64,000 bases of DNA, from the NCBI GenBank assembly GCA_000993565.1, contig LBWK01000001.1:300208-364207 (forward strand), written 5' to 3'. The translations under genes and the position numbers were made by a program. Positions 1 to 11,680 of the stretch are shown in pieces (positions within the stretch are counted from its first letter, which is position 1; each line of letters opens with the position of its first letter). The DNA is from a candidate division WS6 bacterium GW2011_GWF2_39_15. GTDB taxonomy: Bacteria > Patescibacteriota > Dojkabacteria > SC72. The notes beneath the pieces are model-generated. The model did no database searches, was not told the DNA's origin, and worked only from the letters and a program-made list of their open reading frames with translations.

Positions 1-973
1 TCTTCTCGTCCACAGGAATAATCAAAGATAATATCTCCTCCTTTGATATAGAAGGATTAAACTGTCTTAACCAATTTATAATATAACTGACAGATTCTTT
101 GATCGGAGTGAGTCTATCACCTTGAGTCATTAGTATACGGGGCATAACACTCGGTTTACCGGGATACTTATCCTTTCTTCCCAATTCTTTGCACTTTGCA
201 ACAAAAGACTTCCAGTTAAGGGATTGCTCTTCACCATGAACATCAAGAAACGGGCTTACAAACTTCCCAACATATACTCCGGTAATACCTTTTGCAAAGC
301 TATATACAACTTTTGGTAGTATGTTTACAAATCTATCTCCAACGCCATTGAGTATATTAATTGCTGTAAATGTATTAATACCCCTTTCTTTAACAGCAGG
401 ATTAGATGCGTATACCTTATATCCCTCTTGGCACAAACTCAACGCAGCCTCTGCCCCTGAAGAGTGACCAACTATAACTGTCTTTTCGGGAGCCCCCCCC
501 ATATACTTGAGCACTATTTTCATCAATTTCTGATACTCCTCACTGCTGACATTTTCCTCACTGGCAGATCCTTCTTTTAGATTGGATCCCCCGAATCCGG
601 GGCAGTCCAGACCTAATGCAAGCCATTTCTTGCTAACCGGCTCAAGGTTTTTACCCAAGCTCGATACGAAAGAATTACCTGAGTCCCACGTCTTGCGATT
701 GGAGGCTAATCCTCCAGCAAGGACAAAACCGCATTCATTAAAAGATTCCTGAATCTCTCCGCTATCTCCCTCCGTCTTTCCCCATGCGTGCAGAGTTAAA
801 CCTTCATATTTATTCAGAAATTCCTTTTCTTCAGTAGGGAGAGGGGCATTCTCCGTATTTATCTTTAGGCTCCATTCTCGAAGACCATCTTTCCTCTGTT
901 TATCTTTTATTTCTTCCACCTCTATTCCGCGATCCTTCCAGGATAGATTTTCTAATGGGATATCTGGATTCAT
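1..973 (-). CDS. alpha/beta hydrolase-fold protein, paralog of 2107..3984. The C-terminus is truncated by the window edge.
   Basis: The reverse translation starts at the ATG at 973..971 (MNPDIPLENLSWKDRGIEVEEIKDKQRKDGLREW...) and aligns with the N-terminal part of the 625-aa protein. DNA similarity is visible (e.g. 420-520 vs 3420-3520). No stop occurs before position 1. Confidence 0.55.
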   Translation of the reverse strand, partial: MNPDIPLENLSWKDRGIEVEEIKDKQRKDGLREWSLKINTENAPLPTEEKEFLNKYEGLTLHAWGKTEGDSGEIQESFNECGFVLAGGLASNRKTWDSGNSFVSSLGKNLEPVSKKWLALGLDCPGFGGSNLKEGSASEENVSSEEYQKLMKIVLKYMGGAPEKTVIVGHSSGAEAALSLCQEGYKVYASNPAVKERGINTFTAINILNGVGDRFVNILPKVVYSFAKGITGVYVGKFVSPFLDVHGEEQSLNWKSFVAKCKELGRKDKYPGKPSVMPRILMTQGDRLTPIKESVSYIINWLRQFNPSISKEEILSLIIPVDEK

Positions 974-1073
974 ATAACGGTATTATACATAAATATTCAG
1001 GATCTTCCATCAGTGTCTCATTTATCCTTTCAAACGATTTATGATACTCTATGTATAATTAGCGTTCATAAAA

Positions 1074-1430
1074 ATGACAAAACCAAAAGAGAATAGTAAC
1101 AATCTCAAGACATTGATAATTGTCGCCGCTATTGTTGTAATAGTCCCCGTTCTTGCCTTAGGGGGGTTGTATCTATACTCCCAATTTCAAATGAATAGAT
1201 TAAAGTCCAATGGTAATTCGAACACTACAGATTTCTGTGCCAGTGTATGGATGCCCTTTGTTACATGTAAAGAAGGGTATACACAAGGATGCGTATACAA
1301 AGACTGCAAATGTGATGACCAAAGAGAGCTAAAAAATATACGTGTAGATGGATGTATTAAAGAGAATGATACCAATACACAGTATTCACTAGATGGAGTG
1401 TGTAAGAAAGCCTGCAAACAAACGGAGTAA
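1074..1430 (+). CDS. Hypothetical small Cys-rich protein with an N-terminal TM anchor.
   Basis: 118-aa ORF with a hydrophobic segment LIIVAAIVVIVPVLALGGL and 9 Cys in the C-terminal half. Confidence 0.4.
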   Translation: MTKPKENSNNLKTLIIVAAIVVIVPVLALGGLYLYSQFQMNRLKSNGNSNTTDFCASVWMPFVTCKEGYTQGCVYKDCKCDDQRELKNIRVDGCIKENDTNTQYSLDGVCKKACKQTE

Positions 1431-1503
1431 TGTTTTTTGTAGAAACCTTCCCCTTATATCCTGTATACTTCTAAGACGTTATGTAAAATAAACAAACTTA
1501 AAT

Positions 1504-2100
1504 ATGCTCAAGCAGAAAACACTCGTACTTTTCAAACCTGATGTTGTACAAAGACAAATAGTAGGGGAGATCCTTACAAGATTTGAACGGAAGGGCTTTA
1601 AAATAGTTGGAATGAAGATGGTACTCCCTACGGAGAGTCTTGCAAAAGAACACTACGAAACTACAGATGAACAGATAATTGGAATGGGAAATAAAACAAT
1701 TGTACTTGCTCAGGAACACGGAGAAGATACAAGCAAAATGGATGCACGGGAGATAGGTCTAAAGGTATGGCAAAGAAATGTTGACTATCTAAGCTGCGGC
1801 CCAATATTAGCTATAGTGATGCAAGGACCGCACATAATAGAGTCAGTGAGGAAAATGATTGGAGTTACGAATCCGTTTATGGCTGATGTAGGGACAATTA
1901 GAGCTGATTATTCACCTGATTCAATTACACTCTCATCAAGTAGCGATAGAACAACAAGGACTATGCTACATGCATCAGACAGCGAAAAAAGTGCTCAGAG
2001 AGAAATAGCTCTCTGGTTTAAAAAGGGAGAGATTTTCGAGTACGAGACGGCAATTGAGAAGGTTCTTTTTGATGTAAGCTGGAGTTTGAAGCGTAAATAA
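1504..2100 (+). CDS. ndk: Nucleoside diphosphate kinase-like protein carrying a ~40-aa insertion.
   Basis: N-terminal LVLFKPDVVQR..GEIL.RFE.KGF matches the NDK fold. LHASDSEKSAQREIALWF matches the NDK active-site NIIHGSDS...EI.LWF region. At 198 aa it is longer than the usual ~140 aa. Confidence 0.7.
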   Translation: MLKQKTLVLFKPDVVQRQIVGEILTRFERKGFKIVGMKMVLPTESLAKEHYETTDEQIIGMGNKTIVLAQEHGEDTSKMDAREIGLKVWQRNVDYLSCGPILAIVMQGPHIIESVRKMIGVTNPFMADVGTIRADYSPDSITLSSSSDRTTRTMLHASDSEKSAQREIALWFKKGEIFEYETAIEKVLFDVSWSLKRK

Positions 2101-2106
2101 AGCTTA

Positions 2107-3984
2107 TTATTTGCTATATCTTGATTGCATTAATTTGTTTTTAGCCTCTGCTACTTGAGCAATCTGCTGAAAACCAACGGCTGTACAGATCTTCAAATCT
2201 TCTTTCGCACTTATAAAGCTATCGAAGAACTTACTAAATTTGAAAGATGTTAAATGATGTGCATACATAACAACTAACTGCATAACAATCTCATCTCTTA
2301 CTTTCAAGAAAAAGCTATCTACTAAATCGTCAGTCGGTTCCATTCCTTCTTTCTTCCCAATTACTTTCAATGTGCCTTCTTTGGCCAACTCCGCAAATAT
2401 GGGATGAAGCGAAGTCGCCAAAAAGGTACTTTCACCATCAAAATCGGCACTATAACGGTCAAAAAACCGGACAATGTTTTTCATCTCATTTGCGACAAAC
2501 TCAGGTTCATTTCCAACCTCCACTTTATTTCTTTCGAGTAAGAAAGGGTGAGCTAATACTCTAGTAATTATTGGTTCGATAGCACTCGTAGGGAGCGTTA
2601 CTAAATAGTCATCAAATTGCGGATCTCCGCTATGGGAAGGTATCAGAACCTTATCAAGTTTAGAAAGCTCTTCAGACAAATTAGCAAATGTCTCTAGAGA
2701 GTATGTGATGAATCCGAGCTCCTTAATTCTACTGTTTGAATATTTTATCTCATCCAGTACTCTCTCGTTAAGTTTCAATCCTTGTGCATAATCATCAAGA
2801 AGTGAACTTATTAATCCATTAGAAGCCAAAACAGGGACTTTAAAGTCTTTTTTACCTTTCTTTAAAGCTACATAATCAGTCATACTTCCGGTAACCGCTT
2901 CCGCCACATTATCATCCTCATACATCCCATTATGCCCAACACTCTTTGATAACTCTTCGCTTATCGGGATAATCGTTCTCAAGATTCTCTCCTTTAGACT
3001 ATTACTATCCGTAAACCTGGAAAACCAATCACATATAACGGGGATTGACTCAACAATCGGAGTTAGTTTATCGCCCTGGGCTAGAAGTAAAGTAGGTTCT
3101 ACTGTCGGAGCAATTTTAAGAGGAGAATCGATAAGTTCCAACTCTTTTGATTTATAAACAAACGCCTTCCAAAAAAGCTTTTCCTGTCTAGAGTGAATTC
3201 CTAGCATTTCACCACCAAATTTCCCTAAATACAAAGCAGTGATTCCCACAGCAAAAGGATGAACAATAATAGAAGCGGCAGGAATTCTTTGAACACTATC
3301 ACCAATACCATTTAAAGCATTAATATTTTTGAATGCATTTTCTTCAGAATTTTTAACGGCCGGGTTACACGAAAACACTTTATATCCTTTGGTGCTAAAT
3401 GGCAGCACCGCTTCCGCTCCTGAGGAGTGACCTACTAGAACCGTACTCTTATCATCTGGATTTAAAACTTTTAAAGCTATTGATATTAGCTTTTGATAAT
3501 CTTCACTACTTACATTTTCTACACTTTCTAACCCCTTTTTAAGTGCTGAGCCGCCGAATCCCGGGCAGTCAATTGCAACTCCCATCCACTTTCCGGCAAT
3601 TGGATCAAGTTTTCTTCCTAATCTTGTTACGAACGAGTTTTTCTTTGTATCCCACACTTCATAGTTTGAAGCCAGTCCACCGGCAAAAAGAAGTCCGCAA
3701 TTCATAAAAGCCTCATGCATTTCTTCTATTCCACCTTCAACATTGCCCCAGGCATGAAAGGATAAATCGTCATACTTCTTAAGAAATTCTCTTTCTTCTT
3801 CACTTAAATTAGAGTTCTCAGCATCTATCCTTAGTTTCCATTCTTGTAGACCATCACTTCTTTCTTTATCTTTTATTTCCTCCACAATTAATCCGCGAGC
3901 TTTCCACACAGGGACATTTGAACCCTCAAAGTTTGATGATGAACTGGCTGGATAAATAGAATCTTGTGAATTGTTTTCAGTCAT
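2107..3984 (-). CDS. Alpha/beta hydrolase-fold protein (esterase/lipase-like), 625 aa.
   Basis: GHSSGAE nucleophile-elbow (GxSxG) motif. It is a paralog of the partial gene at 1..973. Confidence 0.6.
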   Translation of the reverse strand: MTENNSQDSIYPASSSSNFEGSNVPVWKARGLIVEEIKDKERSDGLQEWKLRIDAENSNLSEEEREFLKKYDDLSFHAWGNVEGGIEEMHEAFMNCGLLFAGGLASNYEVWDTKKNSFVTRLGRKLDPIAGKWMGVAIDCPGFGGSALKKGLESVENVSSEDYQKLISIALKVLNPDDKSTVLVGHSSGAEAVLPFSTKGYKVFSCNPAVKNSEENAFKNINALNGIGDSVQRIPAASIIVHPFAVGITALYLGKFGGEMLGIHSRQEKLFWKAFVYKSKELELIDSPLKIAPTVEPTLLLAQGDKLTPIVESIPVICDWFSRFTDSNSLKERILRTIIPISEELSKSVGHNGMYEDDNVAEAVTGSMTDYVALKKGKKDFKVPVLASNGLISSLLDDYAQGLKLNERVLDEIKYSNSRIKELGFITYSLETFANLSEELSKLDKVLIPSHSGDPQFDDYLVTLPTSAIEPIITRVLAHPFLLERNKVEVGNEPEFVANEMKNIVRFFDRYSADFDGESTFLATSLHPIFAELAKEGTLKVIGKKEGMEPTDDLVDSFFLKVRDEIVMQLVVMYAHHLTSFKFSKFFDSFISAKEDLKICTAVGFQQIAQVAEAKNKLMQSRYSK

Positions 3985-4122
3985 ATGTAATACGGATTCT
4001 GTGTATTTCTATCTTGATTATACACAATGACTTTAAAGCCACAAGGGAGAGTTATTATCAGCTATTTAAGTTTCACCATAGAGTAGGGGAGTTTCATACA
4101 TCATCTTTAGTAATAGATTGGA

Positions 4123-4317
4123 ATGGAAAATAAAACTATTATACTTGCACAGGGATATGGAGAAGATACTTCCAAAATGAATGCAACAGAAACCGCTGAT
4201 CATCTATTACTTAAAGGGCATCATATTTCGATTAGGTATTTAACTCGACTCCTGGAGAATTTTCTGAAGTATCACTATTTAGCCAAAGCGTTTTACACAG
4301 AAATGAGACCGTCGTAA
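4123..4317 (+). pseudogene. Fragment duplicated from the ndk-like insertion region.
   Basis: MENKTIILAQGYGEDTSKMNATE matches MGNKTIVLAQEHGEDTSKMDARE of the 1504..2100 protein. DNA at 4120-4200 is ~80% similar to 1690-1770, then diverges into a short ORF. Confidence 0.4.
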
Positions 4318-4498
4318 TCTCGCTATCACTCTTTGCAAAAGTGAAAGAGGCGGTATCATCTAAATATATCTGGTCGAAAAGCATCCCACTTTCATCATAC
4401 ACCCTATTTACTGCGTAGTTACTTTCTTCCTCAACTTCTATAATTCCATGGACTATAATATATCTATCTCCATCCCATACCATCGTAGCATATGAATA

Positions 4499-4720
4499 TT
4501 ATTTACCAACGTTAATATAACCCCGGGACTCCATATTAAAGGCACAAACTTCAGGTGATTCAGTGGGCTGAACTCTCAAGTCTTGATTTGTTGAAGACTT
4601 GCACCCTGAAAGAGCCAGACCTAAAATAAGAAATGGAATCGCAAACTGTTTTTTCATAGCGCATATTATATCATAGTTTATTCCAAAATCCTGTTCTACA
4701 AAGCAAAAAATAGCTAACAA
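4499..4720 (-). CDS. Putative lipoprotein, possibly disrupted or continued in 4232..4483.
   Basis: An internal start gives MKKQFAIPFLILGLALSGCKSS (signal peptide plus lipobox LSGC). The downstream ORF 4232..4483 lies on the same strand in a different frame 16 nt away. This is either a frameshift or two small genes. Confidence 0.35.
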   Translation of the reverse strand: MLAIFCFVEQDFGINYDIICAMKKQFAIPFLILGLALSGCKSSTNQDLRVQPTESPEVCAFNMESRGYINVGK

Positions 4721-4839
4721 AAAGCAAAGAAATGGGTGTAGTGATTAGAAGCCGTTTCACAAAGCGGAGGAGGTTTCATAATGCTTTATGTTTAACAGTC
4801 TTGGAGTTATACTAAGCGATAATTTATATACAAAACACT

Positions 4840-5316
4840 ATGGATAGCCAGGAATTAAAGTCACTTGTATCAAACTACCTCTCAACTCAGAAACTCATGT
4901 CACTTGCTACTTTTTCCGATACTCCATGGATCGCAAATCTATATTATGTTCATGATAGTGATTTAAATCTATACTTTGTGAGCAAAGCATGGAGAGAACA
5001 CTCAAAAGCTATAGATATCAATCCTAATGTTGCAGTCGCAATTGCAGATTCACATCAGCCTATATATCTCCCTCAGAAAGGAATTCAGTTGCATGGAACG
5101 GCCCAAAAGATTAAAAGTATTAAAAAACTGGAGTGGATGTTTAATATGTGGAATAAGCTGATAACGGAAGGGCAGGGCGAGAAGATGGAAGATCCTAAGA
5201 AGTTCATAGACGCAGCCGTTTCAAATGTATATAAGATCTCACCTAAAAGAATAAAGTTCTTCAACACACAGCTATGGCCGAAAGAGCAGTTTCAGATATT
5301 GGATTTAGCTGATTAA
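4840..5316 (+). CDS. Pyridoxamine 5'-phosphate oxidase-like FMN-binding split-barrel protein.
   Basis: 158 aa. LMSLATFSDTPWIANLYYVHDSDLNLYFVSKAWREHSKAIDINPNVAVAI resembles the PNPOx-like / general stress protein 26 family. Confidence 0.45.
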   Translation: MDSQELKSLVSNYLSTQKLMSLATFSDTPWIANLYYVHDSDLNLYFVSKAWREHSKAIDINPNVAVAIADSHQPIYLPQKGIQLHGTAQKIKSIKKLEWMFNMWNKLITEGQGEKMEDPKKFIDAAVSNVYKISPKRIKFFNTQLWPKEQFQILDLAD

Positions 5317-5373
5317 TTTCTATATTCTCTCCTTAAAAAAAACATTTCATTTAAATGTTAGAATGTCAATGAG

Positions 5374-5970
5374 ATGCAGATTACAGACACAAATCAAAAA
5401 TCATTCACACTTCCGACACGACTATCATCAAAAGCTCGCGCCCGCTCTTTAACCACCACCATTATCGCTGTCATCGTGCTTATACTCGCATACTCTTTTA
5501 ATATCACCAATCCGGAAAGCCAGCCCGGTGTAAAATCCGCACAAGATTTCAGTATTGATGAGAACAAGTTCTACGAGGTAACAAAGGTAGTAGACGGAGA
5601 TACAATAAAAGTATCTGAATTAGGAACTTTAAGAATGATCGGGATTGATACGCCAGAGATTGTAGATCCGCGAAAACCTGTTGAATGTTTTGGTAGGGAG
5701 GCCTCAGATAAAGCCAAGGATCTTTTATTAGGTAAGAAAGTAAGGTTGGAAGTAGATAATTCACAGGAGAGAATAGACAGGTATGACAGACTGCTTGTTT
5801 ATGTCTATACAAAAGACGGGCTTTTCTTCAATCAGGAGATGATCAGACAGGGGTATGCACACGAATATACGTATTCAGTACCCTACAAATACCAGATTGA
5901 TTTCAGAAATGCACAAAGAGATGCACAGGAGAATAATAGGGGCTTGTGGGGAGCAAAGTGCAATAATTGA
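5374..5970 (+). CDS. Thermonuclease (staphylococcal nuclease-like), membrane-anchored.
   Basis: N-terminal TM segment. SNase motifs are present: VVDGDTIKV, RMIGIDTPE and DRYDRLLVYVY. Confidence 0.85.
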   Translation: MQITDTNQKSFTLPTRLSSKARARSLTTTIIAVIVLILAYSFNITNPESQPGVKSAQDFSIDENKFYEVTKVVDGDTIKVSELGTLRMIGIDTPEIVDPRKPVECFGREASDKAKDLLLGKKVRLEVDNSQERIDRYDRLLVYVYTKDGLFFNQEMIRQGYAHEYTYSVPYKYQIDFRNAQRDAQENNRGLWGAKCNN

Positions 5971-6064
5971 ACCGTAACATTTGCCTTCCCCGTATCATGA
6001 TAGTAGAATGTATTAGCGATATAAAACATAGGCTTTAGATATATAAATTATTATCTAAAAACAT

Positions 6065-6538
6065 ATGCTACTTAACAGTCCTTCAATTATTCACGATAGT
6101 GAGATCCCACCCCAATACACTTGTGATGGAGAGAACATCAACCCGCCTTTTACAATCTCCTATGTACCGCAAAATGCACAAAGCCTGGTCTTTCTTGTCG
6201 AAGACCCGGATGCCCCTGCAGGACTATGGGTACACTGGATGATATGGAATATGGATCCTAAAATGACAGAGATAAGAGAAGGTGAAGTACCAAAAGGAGC
6301 TGTCGGAATGAACTCGGGAATGACCAATGACTGGTATCCTATATGCCCTCCAGAAGGAGAACATCGATATCACTTCAAACTCTTCGCTTTAGATACAATG
6401 CTGGAACTGGATGAGAAAACCGTAACAAGAGAAGACCTTCTTGCTGCAATGGAAGATCATATTGTTGCAAAAGCAGAGTTAGTTGGGAGATATACGAAAG
6501 CTGAAAATAAAGTTACTTTGGAACAGCCCACGACCTAG
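6065..6538 (+). CDS. YbhB/YbcL-family PEBP (Raf-kinase-inhibitor-like) protein.
   Basis: YTCDGENINPPF, FLVEDPDAP and HRYHFKLFALD are hallmarks of bacterial PEBP/UPF0098. Confidence 0.85.
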   Translation: MLLNSPSIIHDSEIPPQYTCDGENINPPFTISYVPQNAQSLVFLVEDPDAPAGLWVHWMIWNMDPKMTEIREGEVPKGAVGMNSGMTNDWYPICPPEGEHRYHFKLFALDTMLELDEKTVTREDLLAAMEDHIVAKAELVGRYTKAENKVTLEQPTT

Positions 6539-6611
6539 TCCTTACTCTGTAGCGACAAACTGTAGATATTTTAGTGCTATACTTTGTATAGTAATATCAT
6601 TTTGAACTTGT

Positions 6612-7184
6612 TTGGAAACTGAAAATCCTCAATATATACTACTCATGAAAGCCGGCCCATACTGCGGATACACTCTCCCTGAGATTATTGAGATAAAGCA
6701 GAAAGAAGAGAAGAAGACCGGAAAATTCTTCTGGGGATATAGCGGAGTTTTTTGTCATCCAAAAACACTGCAAAACTTTGTTCTTCAATCTATATCAAAT
6801 AGCAAAAAGGTATATATCCTGCTCACCGAAACGAAGTCCTCATTTGAAACTCCAAAGGTTGAACAGTTCACAAAGTATTCTACAGATACTAACCACTGGT
6901 TAAATCTACCTGAAGAAATCCTCCTGGTTGGCAATAAATCCAGACCTCACTTTGCAATAACGGGAAACAAATTACATGCTGTAGAGATGAATCTGGATAT
7001 AAGCCAATACTGTCTGTTGAATGGTTTACTAATAAACAAGGACCGATATCTAAACAACTACTTTAAATACAGAGTAGACAAAGCCTGCGGTTACTATTCC
7101 CCAAGAGAAGACTATACAGAAAAGATAATAAAAGTGAACTATCTAGCAGAACTGGTTTCTCCATACTCAATCTATATAAAGTGA
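6612..7184 (+). CDS. Hypothetical protein.
   Basis: 190-aa ORF with no recognisable motifs. Confidence 0.4.
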   Translation: METENPQYILLMKAGPYCGYTLPEIIEIKQKEEKKTGKFFWGYSGVFCHPKTLQNFVLQSISNSKKVYILLTETKSSFETPKVEQFTKYSTDTNHWLNLPEEILLVGNKSRPHFAITGNKLHAVEMNLDISQYCLLNGLLINKDRYLNNYFKYRVDKACGYYSPREDYTEKIIKVNYLAELVSPYSIYIK

Positions 7185-7289
7185 GGTGAATCAACATTTG
7201 GGTGGTTTTTGATCTTTACCCACAACTCCTCTACTCTCACAAGATATTGCCCTACTTCTAATTGATCCCTTTTATCCTTCGGAGTATAA

Positions 7290-7721
7290 TTGCATATTTC
7301 ACTGCCAATAAATTATAAAACAAGTCAAATGGCGGATACCTCACAGGTCGCAATACAAGACCACGAAGGAACTAGCGAAAGCCCTGCAGTCGCAGAGGCA
7401 AAAAAGGCTCTTAGAAAGTGGGGCGTAGAATTAGAAGAGACTGAAATAACCATACAGACTGTTGGTGATGTAAATGCTCTAAACCAAGGAGAGTTCTTCT
7501 TCAGCTCTAGTTCATACAGAAATTTAGTCCTTGCTTTAAAAGAAGGCCCAGATGGTATATCCGTGATAATCGGTGACCCAACACAATATGATCAGGGAGT
7601 GGCAGTACTCCCTTTTAGTGTATTCATAAACTTTATTATGTCGGGAGATATTCTCGTTGAGTGTGGGACGAGTTTTAATGACGTAAACCTAAAAGAATTA
7701 TATCCTACCGTCTATCAATAG
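7290..7721 (+). CDS. Hypothetical protein.
   Basis: 143-aa ORF with no recognisable motifs. Confidence 0.4.
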   Translation: MHISLPINYKTSQMADTSQVAIQDHEGTSESPAVAEAKKALRKWGVELEETEITIQTVGDVNALNQGEFFFSSSSYRNLVLALKEGPDGISVIIGDPTQYDQGVAVLPFSVFINFIMSGDILVECGTSFNDVNLKELYPTVYQ

Positions 7722-7740
7722 ATATCTGACACGATATTAA

Positions 7741-9729
<1,989 letters not shown>

Positions 9730-9766
9730 CCTTTATATTCTTTCCTTACAGGCTTATAATCCCAGT

Positions 9767-10753
9767 ATGCTTCTAACAATACCCGCTACATATCCTGAAC
9801 AGACTGTAATCAAGTACTATCAAACTGTTCAATCTCCTCTGTTTGTAGGTCTGGACTCAGCCGTTCTACTTAAATCCACTGAGAAATACCTCGACACTGT
9901 TAAGCCCTCAGGAATAATACTGCTGGGTAACAATATTGAGAATTATGAACAGACTAAAAAATTGATCTCAGATATAAAAAAATATGCACAGAAAAAAGGT
10001 ATTAGTATAGAGATCTCCATCGATGAAGAAGGAGGGCTTGTTTCAAGATTAAAAAATTTAAACGGATATCCCAGAGACTTTACGGGAATCAGCGATTACA
10101 ATTCGAAAACCGCCTCCAAACAGGCTGACTATATGAAGCAGATTGGAATAAACCTAAACTTAGCACCCGTTGCTGACATCGCGTACAAAAACTCTGTGAT
10201 GACAACCAGAAGTGCAGGAGAGACCTCGGTTAAAGTATCTGAGGTTATTTCATCATATATAGATATTCTTCACGCAAATAATATTGAGAGCTCTGTAAAG
10301 CACTTTCCCGGTCTCGGAAGAACCACCTCTGACACGCATTTCTCTCAAACTACGGTGGGAATAAACTACAGGCAGTGGTTAGTTACAGACTCAATCCCTT
10401 TTAAGACTGCCGTCGATAACGGGACAGATTATGTAATGACAGGACATGTTATTTACAACCAAATAGACTCACTTCCTGCGAGTATATCTCCAAAATGGAC
10501 CGAGATATTAAGAAACGAGCTTCACTTTGAAGGCAGGATTATAACCGACGATTTAAAGATGGTAGGGGTAGGGGAGTATGGAAACACCTATCTATGTAAT
10601 AACAAAAAGAAAGTTTCAGGGAAAGATAAGTATGCTGTCATAATAAAGAAGGCTTTAGATGCAGGAACCAACAACCCTTTGCTCATTCTTAACCAGCAGG
10701 ATACTATCAATGCTACAAAAGATTGGATACTCATTGAAAAAGAGTGTATATAA
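9767..10753 (+). CDS. nagZ: Beta-N-acetylhexosaminidase, NagZ-like (glycoside hydrolase family 3).
   Basis: KHFPGLGRTTSDTH matches the GH3 KHFPGHG motif. The ISIDEEGG segment is also present. Confidence 0.75.
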   Translation: MLLTIPATYPEQTVIKYYQTVQSPLFVGLDSAVLLKSTEKYLDTVKPSGIILLGNNIENYEQTKKLISDIKKYAQKKGISIEISIDEEGGLVSRLKNLNGYPRDFTGISDYNSKTASKQADYMKQIGINLNLAPVADIAYKNSVMTTRSAGETSVKVSEVISSYIDILHANNIESSVKHFPGLGRTTSDTHFSQTTVGINYRQWLVTDSIPFKTAVDNGTDYVMTGHVIYNQIDSLPASISPKWTEILRNELHFEGRIITDDLKMVGVGEYGNTYLCNNKKKVSGKDKYAVIIKKALDAGTNNPLLILNQQDTINATKDWILIEKECI

Positions 10754-10789
10754 CAATATAATGAGATATTAATTTGAAAATATCGCACG

Positions 10790-11617
10790 ATGATTAATCT
10801 TGAAAACGCTGTAAAATTCCCCTTTGAGGATAAAGACTGGCTCAAAACAGTCGGGGTATATTTTTTGATCAGTTTAGGACTTGCGATAATAACCTTTGTA
10901 CTTCAGACAACTTTTCAACTTCCTGCAGATATCTTTAATACAATAGCAAAAGAAACTGAGACTGAGTCCTTTAAATATCTTGCAACCAGTACAAACGCCA
11001 TTTCGGCTTTTTTCAATATGATTGTATCTTTGGTTACATTCCCGGTAACCTTGTACCTATCAGGTTATCTCTTTGATGTGGTAGGACATATCATGTATGG
11101 AAAGAAGCCCGAAATCACTCCGCATGGAAATATATGGCAGAGGGTAAAGTTTGGGATTGTGAAGGTGGTAATAGGATTTGTGCTTGGTATGACTTCTCTT
11201 CTGCTCCTTGGATTTCCCATACTTACAGGAGCAGCAGCTGCAATATCGATGGAAAGCATGATTGTAGTGAGCATCCTTTTATGGATTGCGACAGGAGTTC
11301 TTTTCCTTTTATGGCTTTTTACCTGCGTCATAATAGTAAAGTTTGCAATGTACAGCATGGAGTATTTGTATCTATCCGAAGGATTCAAAAATGTCTTTGT
11401 TCTTTCAAAAGTTTCGGCCCTCATTTCCAACAACTGGAAAAAGTATCTTCTCCTTCTTGGGCTTGAGATATTAGGGGCGATAGCAATCTCCCTCTCCTTT
11501 GTCACATGCTGTATGGCCTTCTTTGTATACCCGGCAGTAGCAACCGTTGTAGCATTTGCTTTGGCATACTGTTACGGCACTGTATACAAGGAGATATATA
11601 CCTCTTCTAGGGTTTAA
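10790..11617 (+). CDS. Polytopic membrane protein (DUF4013-like).
   Basis: 275 aa with several hydrophobic helices. Confidence 0.5.
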   Translation: MINLENAVKFPFEDKDWLKTVGVYFLISLGLAIITFVLQTTFQLPADIFNTIAKETETESFKYLATSTNAISAFFNMIVSLVTFPVTLYLSGYLFDVVGHIMYGKKPEITPHGNIWQRVKFGIVKVVIGFVLGMTSLLLLGFPILTGAAAAISMESMIVVSILLWIATGVLFLLWLFTCVIIVKFAMYSMEYLYLSEGFKNVFVLSKVSALISNNWKKYLLLLGLEILGAIAISLSFVTCCMAFFVYPAVATVVAFALAYCYGTVYKEIYTSSRV

Positions 11618-11680
11618 CAAAACCGCCTTTTTAGGGTATCATGGTTAGACAGGCAACGTATAATTTAGATACTACAAGTT

